Numbered from the stretch's first letter, positions 28,577 to 36,672 are shown. The stretch is 64,000 nucleotides of DNA from a virus (IMGVR_UViG_3300032030_000038:35425-99424), one strand, 5' to 3'. The notes: generated by a model from the sequence alone, not told the origin. Numbers and translations are program-made.

Positions 28577-28777
28577 TTATGGTAATAATGATTTTATTTG
28601 ATGTTTCAATTCATCAAGTTCAATTAATATGGGAGCGAATGCTTTAGCATATTGTTCATCTTTCCACTTAGCCATCTCAAGTGCAGAATCATAACATTCT
28701 TTTTGTGAATTAGTAATTTGTCTTGCACTTCTATAATGTTTTTTTGCAATTCTGTCTGCCAATTCTTCGTTTGTCAT
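28577..28777 (-). CDS. Small accessory protein (MTNEE...ALEMAKWK family)
   Basis: MTNEE start and YDSALEMAKWKDEQ motif. Confidence 0.6.
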   Translation of the reverse strand: MTNEELADRIAKKHYRSARQITNSQKECYDSALEMAKWKDEQYAKAFAPILIELDELKHQIKSLLP

Positions 28778-28947
28778 AATCAAATTACTTTTTCTAAACA
28801 CTTAGTAAAATAATTATATTGTTTTCATTGTATTTCTCGTAGTCCATAAATTTGTTTATATCCATATTATTCGATTATAATTTAATTGTATGTTGCTTCT
28901 TTTAATTCTAAAGTTTTTTATCTTTTACAAACCAATTTTGTTATTTC

Positions 28948-29151
28948 TTAATACACCACATTAAGTTTTTTCTCTATATCTAATTCGTATTCGGTTTCCC
29001 TTTTGTCAAGATATTCTTTTATTTCCTTTAAGTTCATTTCTTTAAAAAATGGATAGGCTTCCAACATATCTTTTGTACATTGAAGAAATTTTGAAACCAT
29101 TGACAATATTGCAAAATCTTCTCTAATATTGTAATATTCTTGTTTTGTCAT
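28948..29151 (-). CDS. Hypothetical protein
   Basis: 67-aa ORF; ATGA overlap with the upstream pseudogene. Confidence 0.55.
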   Translation of the reverse strand: MTKQEYYNIREDFAILSMVSKFLQCTKDMLEAYPFFKEMNLKEIKEYLDKRETEYELDIEKKLNVVY

Positions 29152-29405
29152 TGTTCTTTCATTGCTTTTTTAAAAAAATGAATAAGTTCACTCGTGTTAT
29201 AATCATGAAGCGAACACGTTGGTGGCATAAAATCTTCAACGTGTTTTTCCAACAATTCGCACGCTTTGGCTATAATTTATTCTTCTTTCCATTTAGACAT
29301 TCGCATAGCTGAATTATACGCCATTTCGTAAAATGTTCTATTGGTGTTAAATCCATATGAAAAGATACTATCAACTATTTTCTTTGCGTTTTGTTCATCC
29401 AACAT
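29148..29405 (-). pseudogene. Accessory gene with in-frame TAA
   Basis: MLDEQ...SAMRMSKWKEE*IIAKACELLEKHV...FKKAMKEQ; single TAA at 29277-29279, frame continues to a TGA overlapping the next ATG. Confidence 0.65.
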
Positions 29406-29449
29406 ATTGTTTTTTTATTATGCGTTAATAGTCTAATTATTTTTGTAAT

Positions 29450-29897
29450 TTAATCGTGTGTTTCTTTAAGATAGCCATTAACCATTTCAGTTTCACCTTC
29501 TTCTATCCAAAACCTCACAGCGTTGTCAAATATTTCTCCAGTCACGTCAACCCTCCCGCCTTGCCAGCCAGTCTGCACGTCCAGAGTGAACCACCCCCCC
29601 GTCTTTTGTCCTGACAGCCCAGAGGTTGTTTTCGTCATAATTCGGACAAGATACTTCCACAAAGTAATCGGTATCTTTGGCAAAAAGAAAATCACAATTT
29701 AAAGACTCATCTTTCCATATATCATACAATGTTGTTTTAATATCATCCAAATCGAAAACTATTCCCTTTGCTTCTTCAGGTGTTATCACTTTTTCGCATT
29801 TGCAAATATAATGTCTTGAAATGGACGTTTTCCCATCGTCAAAGAAATGGTACTCCTTTCCGATTTCTGGAATATTTTTATTCTGTTTTTGTTCCAT
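29450..29897 (-). pseudogene. Accessory gene frameshifted at a G7 run
   Basis: ...AVRTKDGG switches frame to WFTLDVQTGWQGGRVDV at GGGGGGG (29594-29600); G6 would join the two ORFs. Confidence 0.7.
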
Positions 29898-29992
29898 AAT
29901 ATCCTTGTTTTAATTATACATTCCTTTGATTTCTTTATGGAGACCTTCCTTAGTTGTATAAAATTGACAATTTAAATATTTATTACTCATAA

Positions 29993-30391
29993 TTAAATTA
30001 TTTTTTCCAAACAATATTTAATAGCTGCTTCACAGGCTTCCTCGTAAGAGGTGAACCCCTTTGGCGTAAGAGAATTATCTTGAACAAGCGGACACATCTC
30101 TTTTATTAGGGATTCTCCTGTTACCGTACTGTTCACACAGGCATAATAATCTGGCTGAAATAAAATAGGATTCTCGGTGTAGCAGATATTGATGGCTATA
30201 TGAATGTTATGTACTTCCCTAAGAAATTTCATTGACATCTGAAGTGTTGGACATGCTACCAACGATGTTAATAGCTCGGTTGTTCTTTTACCAGTTGTTA
30301 TAGAGTAGTACATTCCACATTCGAGAGGGTTAAATCCCTTCTCTTTAAGGAGTTTTGCAACTTCCAAACTTACATAATCTTCGGTAATCAT
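29993..30391 (-). CDS. Accessory protein (MITEDYVSLE family)
   Basis: EDYVSLEVAKLLKEKGF, CPTLQM..K.LRE, YEEACEAAIKYCLE. Confidence 0.75.
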   Translation of the reverse strand: MITEDYVSLEVAKLLKEKGFNPLECGMYYSITTGKRTTELLTSLVACPTLQMSMKFLREVHNIHIAINICYTENPILFQPDYYACVNSTVTGESLIKEMCPLVQDNSLTPKGFTSYEEACEAAIKYCLEKII

Positions 30392-30394
30392 AAC

Positions 30395-31342
30395 TTATTT
30401 TTCTTTTATTCTTTCTTTGAGAGAATTGAGCCAATTGATTCGTTTCAGATAGAACTCTTTATGCTCTTTATATGTCATATCACCACAATCCTCATCGTCA
30501 ATAAGGCAACCAATCCATTCTACTATATTTTGTAGATATTCTTCATCCTCTTTACCCCAAACAGGCTTCTTCTGAATCTTTTTCAATTCTTTCTTTTCAA
30601 AATCCCATTCGTATCCTGCATCGGCTATTGCTTTCATTAGAGTATCATGCTGTTCTTTGGTAGCAGGTTTTACATCTTCTGCATCAAACACTCCAAGATT
30701 TTCACAAATAAATTTATTATCAAGGCAACAATGTACATTTATTGTGTCTATCGTACACATTGAATGGTATATAACTATCATATTGTCTTCTTCAAAAGAA
30801 GTAACAAGCACATCGCCATCCTTTGCGTCTTGGATAGTCCACAACCTTGCGTTTTCATCAACATATTTTTTATCATGATAAGCACTACGACCACTTGGTT
30901 CTAATAAAAGATAATTCAAAATACCGTTTTGTTCAGGTTCAACTTCAAGTATTTTAAATTGTTCACTTCCACAAAATGTAATCCAATCACCAACTTTGAG
31001 TTTTGATTTAACTTCATCAATAGGTTTCTGTTCACCTTGCTTTTCAAGCCAGGCAAGCATATTCTTAAACAATTGTGGATTTGCTGTTGAGGGACCATAG
31101 TTCTTGACGCATTCTATTATTGCTTTTCTTATCTTCTCATCATCGCTCTCTAATAATTTTATACTTCCCGCTACTACATCATAACATCTGTCATTTTCGA
31201 CACATATAACTCCAATAACAGAAGTTGGGTCTAATTTGTCATGCAAATGAAATCCATTGAATTTCCCCTCAATGATTTCATTATTGAAGGTTCGCTGGCC
31301 TTTTACAAGGTCACCTAATATAAATTTCTTCTCGTAGTCCAT
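30395..31342 (-). CDS. Mosaic accessory protein (MDYEK / WLEKQGEQKP family)
   Basis: ESDDEKIRKAI, WLEKQGEQKP, LWTIQDAKDGDVL, PATKEQ, WLNSLKER modules. Confidence 0.75.
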   Translation of the reverse strand: MDYEKKFILGDLVKGQRTFNNEIIEGKFNGFHLHDKLDPTSVIGVICVENDRCYDVVAGSIKLLESDDEKIRKAIIECVKNYGPSTANPQLFKNMLAWLEKQGEQKPIDEVKSKLKVGDWITFCGSEQFKILEVEPEQNGILNYLLLEPSGRSAYHDKKYVDENARLWTIQDAKDGDVLVTSFEEDNMIVIYHSMCTIDTINVHCCLDNKFICENLGVFDAEDVKPATKEQHDTLMKAIADAGYEWDFEKKELKKIQKKPVWGKEDEEYLQNIVEWIGCLIDDEDCGDMTYKEHKEFYLKRINWLNSLKERIKEK

Positions 31343-31353
31343 AATTTTGTTAT

Positions 31354-31767
31354 TTAAATGTTATACATTCCTTCAGGTGCTTCCAAAGCCAATCCTTTTA
31401 TAATCAACCCGCCATAATCAAAATGATGTGAGTTAAGCCATTCAAAACATTCAAATATACAGCATGTTGGATTATCATAACCGATAGCAAAAATACCATC
31501 ACCAACTAAGTGACGGTGATAATACCAATAAGCCTCTTCCTCTCACGTCATGCTCGACATTTGACGGAGGTATGGTTTTATTTGGTAATACATCAAGCAT
31601 TCATCTTTATCAGATTTTAATGTCATAACATTATCACCAATAACGCCATATAAAATATCATCATTTTCTTTTATGTCTCCATTTAATCTAAAGACACGGC
31701 AATGAGGTTTATATGGCAACCTTGCGCAAATGTCTTTCAACAACAAATCTTTTTCTTCCTGTGTCAT
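31354..31767 (-). pseudogene. MTQEEK...LEAPEGMY family gene with in-frame TGA
   Basis: KPYLRQMSSMT*EEEAYW...WLNSHHFDYGGLIIKGLALEAPEGMYNI; TGA at 31543-31545. Confidence 0.7.
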
Positions 31768-31798
31768 AACTATTCAGTGTTTGTCATAATTATTTGCA

Positions 31799-31990
31799 TT
31801 AATTTTCAGAAGTTAGAATTGACTTCTTTGATCTTAACCAATCATAAAGTCCTTTCCATCTTTCATATTCTACTTTATTGTTGATTTTCTTATACTTTTC
31901 TGCTTTTAAGTCAAGTGTATGTAGTATAGTATTGAATTGGTATTCATCTATAAACTCTTGTTTAGTTTGTTTCTTTAACACTGATGCCAT
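31799..31990 (-). CDS. Hypothetical protein
   Basis: 63-aa ORF. Confidence 0.5.
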   Translation of the reverse strand: MASVLKKQTKQEFIDEYQFNTILHTLDLKAEKYKKINNKVEYERWKGLYDWLRSKKSILTSEN

Positions 31991-31992
31991 AG

Positions 31993-32403
31993 TTATTCCT
32001 CCATTGCTTTTCTAAAAGCCTCAATAAATTCTTCCTTGCTAATATTATCAACTGAAGCCGTGCAGATGCACATATCGTTAGTAACCGATATAATATTATT
32101 TTCTAGCCACTCAAGAGCTTTATTTAAAGCTGACTGATAACCTCTTATAAATCCAACTTCGAGATCCATGTAATGATAACCATTTGAAACTTTTTCTGAA
32201 AACTTCCTGGCTTTCTTTTGAAGACTTTCAGAACAGCCACCACTCATCACTATCCCTTTAAATGATGTTTTTTCTTCAGGTGGATGTCTTTTTGTTTTTA
32301 ACCATTCTTCATATGTTAATGAAGAGACGTGACCATATTTTTCAAGTTGTAATTTTTCGTATTCAAATTGCTCTTGCAACTTGTTTTCCGGTACTAGTAT
32401 CAT
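31993..32403 (-). CDS. Accessory protein (KALEWLE...FRKAMEE family)
   Basis: C-terminal KALEWLENN...EFIEAFRKAMEE. Confidence 0.65.
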   Translation of the reverse strand: MILVPENKLQEQFEYEKLQLEKYGHVSSLTYEEWLKTKRHPPEEKTSFKGIVMSGGCSESLQKKARKFSEKVSNGYHYMDLEVGFIRGYQSALNKALEWLENNIISVTNDMCICTASVDNISKEEFIEAFRKAMEE

Positions 32404-32522
32404 TCCCCACCTCCTTCCTTATTAAAATGTCGCCCAACATATACTCCCACAAAATAACATAACATACACCATATTGCACTTAGTATAACTATAATCGTTT
32501 CTTTCATTTTTTTTTTATATTT

Positions 32523-32556
32523 AAAACCCACTCCACAACTTAATGAGGAGTGGGTT
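32523..32556 (-). terminator. Intrinsic terminator
   Basis: AACCCACTCC/GGAGTGGGTT 10-bp stem directly after the 32561 stop. Confidence 0.7.
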
Positions 32557-32560
32557 GTTT

Positions 32561-32908
32561 TTACATTTCAACATCGTGTTCATCAAAATACTCTCCCTCC
32601 TCCTCCTCATATTCCTCTATTTCATAAAGAGGAAGATTCTGATACTCTAAGATAGTATCTAATCTCTCCTTTGAGAAAGGAGATTCATTCAAACTACCTT
32701 CTTTGGGAAGTCTGGAGTATTTTAATCTTCCACAGTATAACTGGTCATAAGGAATATCATATACTGTGGGCATATTATATTTGTCACAATATGTCTCAAC
32801 TTCCTCTTCAGTACCTTCTACAATACAGAGCGGAGACTCTACTGGGATGGCATCACCAAATCCACCATCCATATCTATAATTTCACTGATTAACCACTTC
32901 ATCCTCAT
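32561..32908 (-). CDS. Acidic hypothetical protein
   Basis: 115 aa with DGGFGDA motif and Glu-rich tail. Confidence 0.65.
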   Translation of the reverse strand: MRMKWLISEIIDMDGGFGDAIPVESPLCIVEGTEEEVETYCDKYNMPTVYDIPYDQLYCGRLKYSRLPKEGSLNESPFSKERLDTILEYQNLPLYEIEEYEEEEGEYFDEHDVEM

Positions 32909-33212
32909 TAGTTTTAATGGTTATATTATAATAAGTACAGACATTCTCTTTAATTTCTGCACTCATATACTGCCTGTAAATCTTACCAGTCTTCTTACTT
33001 GTTTTAAAAATAAAACAAGCACCAGACTTTTTGTTTAACCATATAGGATAAATATTACCTTGACTGTCTTTGTAAGCAAATACGGTTTTAATTGTATCTT
33101 GAGAGGAAACTGTTTTTTCTATTGAGAAAACATTTCCTTCTCTCTTTATTTGCTGAGCATTTACACAGCAAAATAAAAATACTAATATTATAAAAAGAAA
33201 TAACTTTTTCAT
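32883..33212 (-). CDS. Secreted/periplasmic hypothetical protein
   Basis: Sec-type signal peptide MKKLFLFIILVFLFCCVNA. Confidence 0.7.
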   Translation of the reverse strand: MKKLFLFIILVFLFCCVNAQQIKREGNVFSIEKTVSSQDTIKTVFAYKDSQGNIYPIWLNKKSGACFIFKTSKKTGKIYRQYMSAEIKENVCTYYNITIKTNEDEVVNQ

Positions 33213-33220
33213 ATTTTTTA

Positions 33221-33634
33221 TTATTTAAAATTTACTTTTTCTTTAATCATAATCTGATCAGACACGTATTCTCCCCATTGATTCTTATAGTAAAGAGAAC
33301 CTTTGGGAATGATACATTTGTAAATACAAGGAATTGTAGTATACCTTTGAGTATATATTCTACTTATTTGTTTTGTATTCCTTTGATAAGAATGAAATCC
33401 CCTGAAAATACAATATACATCTTTATAATAAATTCTTTCATTTAAAGAAGTAAAATATATATTACCAGGATAATTAGCGTCGTGTAATGTTCCCAATTCA
33501 GTTTTATATACTTTATTTATAGTATATTCAAAATCTTGAATCCAGGAACACATATTTTGATCCAATACCTTATAGCACACCATATCCGTATGTGCTACCC
33601 ATGGAGAACTTTTTACTGTTGTATAAAAACACAT
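33221..33634 (-). CDS. Conserved phage hypothetical protein (MCF...GFHS...CIIPKG family)
   Basis: MCF, CYKV, GFHSY, KCIIPKGS.YY, YVSDQI. Confidence 0.7.
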   Translation of the reverse strand: MCFYTTVKSSPWVAHTDMVCYKVLDQNMCSWIQDFEYTINKVYKTELGTLHDANYPGNIYFTSLNERIYYKDVYCIFRGFHSYQRNTKQISRIYTQRYTTIPCIYKCIIPKGSLYYKNQWGEYVSDQIMIKEKVNFK

Positions 33635-33647
33635 ATTATTTTTAATT

Positions 33648-33682
33648 AAAAAGGACAGCCCATAAATATATATGGACTGTCC
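33648..33682 (-). terminator. Intrinsic terminator
   Basis: GGACAGTCCATA-loop-TATGGGCTGTCC-TTTTT on the minus strand. Confidence 0.75.
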
Positions 33683-33706
33683 AACAAAGCAATAATACTG
33701 AGGGAA

Positions 33707-34015
33707 TTAAACCAGGTTTTTTATTTCAGTTGTTTTCAATATTCTTTCCAGGTCTTCTTTAGTACCTAGAAAGTTATTATTTTTATCATAGCAGCGTATA
33801 CAACCATCTTTTGATTGTGTATGGTACGCACAATCAGCATACCCAACACCAAGAAGATGCCAAATAACTTCAGACTCATCATGTCTGAAGTTTGTGCATA
33901 TTGAAACCCTCTTCCCTTGTTTATCACGAGTGTGATAAACATCACATTTCCCTTTAATGGGAGAGGATAAAGTCTGAAGTAAATAAGATATTCCATTTTT
34001 AGTATGTACTTCCAT
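33707..34015 (-). CDS. Hypothetical protein
   Basis: Start reassigned to MEVHTK after an A-rich leader. Confidence 0.6.
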   Translation of the reverse strand: MEVHTKNGISYLLQTLSSPIKGKCDVYHTRDKQGKRVSICTNFRHDESEVIWHLLGVGYADCAYHTQSKDGCIRCYDKNNNFLGTKEDLERILKTTEIKNLV

Positions 34016-34037
34016 ATTTTTATTTTTTTTTTTAAAA

Positions 34038-34316
34038 TTAACGTGTAAAATGATAACGGATATTGCCATCATTCATGGTAACACCTCCTTGTTTTTTGAT
34101 TAACTCCTCTCTTACCAGCATTCTTGCTGTTTCCAAAGAAATCTTGCTTGGCGCTTCCCTTTTGCCTCTTTTAACAGGAGGTAAATTAAATGGGTCATGC
34201 AAAACTAAAATCTCTGGCTTATGACCTACGATCTTGGTCCACTGCCAAATAGCAGCCTTTTTTTGTTGAAGAGCTATTTTTTTCTCTTCTTCTTTTACAA
34301 AAGCATAATAACTCAT
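34038..34316 (-). CDS. Hypothetical basic protein
   Basis: 92-aa ORF. Confidence 0.55.
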   Translation of the reverse strand: MSYYAFVKEEEKKIALQQKKAAIWQWTKIVGHKPEILVLHDPFNLPPVKRGKREAPSKISLETARMLVREELIKKQGGVTMNDGNIRYHFTR

Positions 34317-34594
34317 GCTATGTCCCTTCCCTATCCTTTAATAGGGGTTCTTATTAACTTATAATCCCGGGTAGATTACAAGGTTAAATTAATTTACCTT
34401 TTTTTGCTGCCTCTAAATCTTGGAGGTAGTTTTCTCTCTCTTGAAGATTTTTTTCTTCTTCATAAGAAGAAATATCTTCTTTAATCGTCATTGCTATCCC
34501 ACAAAAGAGATAGATAGCTGATGCAATCATAAGAATAAATGCAATAGTTGAAATTACCATTTCTTTATTTTTTTAAATGTTAAACATAAATTTG

Positions 34595-34667
34595 TCGAGT
34601 AGGTGCGACTCGAACGCACGACCACTTGAACCCAAACCAAGTATTCTGCCAACTGAACTACTACTCG
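34595..34667 (-). tRNA. tRNA-Pro(TGG)
   Basis: CGAGTAG/CTACTCG acceptor, GTTC/GAAT D arm, CTTGG-TT TGG GT-TCAAG anticodon arm, GTGCG-TTCGAGT-CGCAC T arm; CCA not encoded. Confidence 0.9.
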
Positions 34668-34701
34668 AAATGACTCCTTTGGAGTCATTATTTTTAAGAA
34701 A

Positions 34702-34995
34702 TTACTTCTTCTGTTGAATTTCTTCAAACAGAAATCTCTCAACCTGGTCCAACTCGGAAAGTTGAGTCTTAATGGAATTTTCTTTATGTTGAATGTGGAT
34801 TAACTCATTCAACACATCTGTTGTTTCTTTCTCTTTAAGAGATTCAACAGCTTTGATTCTTTTGTCGGAAATCTCCATCAAGTCAGTTTCTGCTTGCAGC
34901 TTAGCTGCCTGAATGCAGTTTTTCACACGGTTAACTTTGTTTTTGAGCTTTTGCTCTTCAACCTTCTCTTGTAAAATTGCAATAATTTTAAACAT
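34702..34995 (-). CDS. Coiled-coil hypothetical protein
   Basis: 97-aa ORF. Confidence 0.65.
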   Translation of the reverse strand: MFKIIAILQEKVEEQKLKNKVNRVKNCIQAAKLQAETDLMEISDKRIKAVESLKEKETTDVLNELIHIQHKENSIKTQLSELDQVERFLFEEIQQKK

Positions 34996-34998
34996 CTT

Positions 34999-35739
34999 TT
35001 AATAAAATTTTAAGGGTTTAACATTAAAGTTTAATTTATATTCAGGTTCTTCTTTTTCTGGGTATAAAGAAATACCATCAATTGCTTTATCACAAGTTAT
35101 TTCTGTAGTATGAGCATCCATATAAGATGATACTCCAACTTCACCAATATCTGTTAAAATTACTTTATCTAATGAAGTTACACCTTTAATTGAATCTTTA
35201 ATAGTTCCAACCTTATGAAGCATAGCACTAGACCACTTCCAGTCATTCCCTTCTAATGTATAATAGAAAGGCTCTTCATATCTCAATCTTGGGATGTAGC
35301 TCTTCATAATTGGAATTGACATTTTATTTATTTCACTTATAGCAAAAATCCGATTTTCATATTGTACCATTTCATCAGTATAACTACACGTATAGTCTGA
35401 ACTTTTTTCCTCTCTTTTTGCCACCATAACTAAATCTCCTACTTTAAATTTAGGTGTGGATATTTCTAAGATTCTTTCATAAAGAGCATTTACTACTCTT
35501 TCCAAATCACTTAAACTCTCCAATTCTGGAAACGTATTTAATTTGTCTTTTATATATTTGTCAACTACTTTTTCGTAAAAGCCATATATATCATCAATTT
35601 CCAGAATTTCAAAGATTTTACTATTAGCGCTATCCACATTTAAATTATAGAGAAAAAAACGTTTATCTAAAGTCGTAACAACTTGATACTTTAACGTTGT
35701 TTCATTAAATTTAAATACAATTTTATCACCTATTTTCAT
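34999..35739 (-). CDS. Hypothetical protein
   Basis: Start reassigned to MKIGDK (the track start overlaps tRNA-Leu); FKVGD and W.WS..ML motifs. Confidence 0.7.
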   Translation of the reverse strand: MKIGDKIVFKFNETTLKYQVVTTLDKRFFLYNLNVDSANSKIFEILEIDDIYGFYEKVVDKYIKDKLNTFPELESLSDLERVVNALYERILEISTPKFKVGDLVMVAKREEKSSDYTCSYTDEMVQYENRIFAISEINKMSIPIMKSYIPRLRYEEPFYYTLEGNDWKWSSAMLHKVGTIKDSIKGVTSLDKVILTDIGEVGVSSYMDAHTTEITCDKAIDGISLYPEKEEPEYKLNFNVKPLKFY

Positions 35740-35766
35740 ATTATTTATAATTTTTAAAGATTTTAG

Positions 35767-35851
35767 TACCAGAAGCGGGGCTTGAACCCGCACAGCTATA
35801 ATAGCCAACAGATTTTAAGTCTGTCGTGTCTACCAATTCCACCATTCTGGC
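35767..35851 (-). tRNA. tRNA-Leu(TAA)
   Basis: GCCAGAA/TTCTGGT acceptor, ACAGA-CT TAA AA-TCTGT anticodon arm, long variable arm GGCTA-TTA-TAGCT, GCGGG-TTCAAGC-CCCGC T arm. Confidence 0.92.
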
Positions 35852-35855
35852 ATAA

Positions 35856-35923
35856 TGCAGTGCTTCGGACTTGAACCTGTGCCTCCAAATTATTGGCGTG
35901 CTTCCTATTACACCATCACTGCA
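35856..35923 (-). pseudogene. tRNA-like relic lacking a normal anticodon loop
   Basis: TGCAGTG/CACTGCA stem, GTGT..GCAC D arm, GGTTCAAGTCC T loop; anticodon arm only CCAA-TAAT-TTGG. Confidence 0.55.
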
Positions 35924-35927
35924 TTTG

Positions 35928-36533
35928 TGGTCCCTGAGGGACTTGAACCCCCGACCCGCTGATTCCTGCCACACTATGTTACCATAGCCAAACAATTTCA
36001 ATAATAAGTTGAATTTACTTCAAGTTTACATATACATATGTAGGCTTCCCTAGGTTGCAACAACTTAGCATTTCTTACCTTTTAATAGGTACAACCACGT
36101 CTCGCGACCTTATTATGTATAATTGTTTGTTGTGGTCTGGGCTGTCTCTTTACCATATTGAAGACATTGTTAACTATATCGCAGAACTTAGTCAGCTTTT
36201 TATTGTGGGTTCAACCACTTGACTCTTTCCACTTTCTTCAACTTAGGTATCTCCCGTTCAGTCTCTACACGATTATATACACTTTTCAAAAGTCAATATA
36301 TTTTCGCTCGGTATAGTCCTTATACATTATTGTTTAGTACTGCGAAGGCACCCATATCCTTCTATTAATGGGTTATTTACAGAAACACAAGTTACCATCA
36401 GGCCTACTTACATGTGCTCAAAGCTTGTGTTAAGGATTTTCACCGAATTTAGGAGATTCTACACAGGAATTTCTTGCCTGTGCACACAATTTTACTATGA
36501 GTCAGCCGCTCTAACCATCTGAGCTAAGGGACC
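35928..36533 (-). tRNA. tRNA-Ile2(CAT), exons 36533-36497 and 35964-35928, split by a group I intron
   Basis: Spliced: GGTCCCT TA GCTC AGATGGTTA GAGC G GCTGA CT CAT^AA TCAGC GGGTC GGGGG TTCAAGT CCCTC AGGGACC A. The GGNCCCT acceptor and A73 resemble Ile2 rather than initiator Met. Confidence 0.88.
35965..36496 (-). mobile_element. Group I intron (IC3-like), 532 nt, no internal ORF
   Basis: Exon ends in U, intron ends in G. P1 CATAG/TTGTG with U.G at the splice site; P2 GCACAGG/CCTGTGT; P3 ATCTCCT/GGGAGAT; P AAATTCGGTGAAA; Q ATACCGAGCG; R GTGTAGAGACTG; S AAGAGACAGCCC; P9.0 CCAC/GTGG. Confidence 0.9.
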
Positions 36534-36549
36534 AAAAAAAAAACACACA

Positions 36550-36663
36550 AACATTCCCAAAGTTGTACTTACAGCTCATCTACGTCTAACCGTTGATTTT
36601 GATACTATCTCAGGGTTACTGATTGTACAACACTACTACTAACCCTTTTTCGCTGGGAATGTT
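36550..36663 (-). ncRNA. Candidate structured RNA with crossed stems (pseudoknot)
   Basis: Outer AACATTCCCA/TGGGAATGTT 10 bp; interleaved AGGGTTA/TAACCCT and GTTGTAC/GTACAAC 7-bp stems. Confidence 0.45.
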
Positions 36664-36672
36664 GCTAATTTG

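Noticed and set aside
34554-34742. 62-aa ORF
   Set aside because: Overlaps tRNA-Pro on the same strand
35741-36001. 86-aa ORF as a possible intron-encoded protein
   Set aside because: Runs across tRNA-Leu, the relic and the tRNA 3' exon; no endonuclease motif
36550-36663. Hammerhead ribozyme (CAGCGAAA ... GATGAGCTG on the minus strand)
   Set aside because: Core reads TAGATGA rather than CTGANGA, and no proper stem I or UH cleavage site is present
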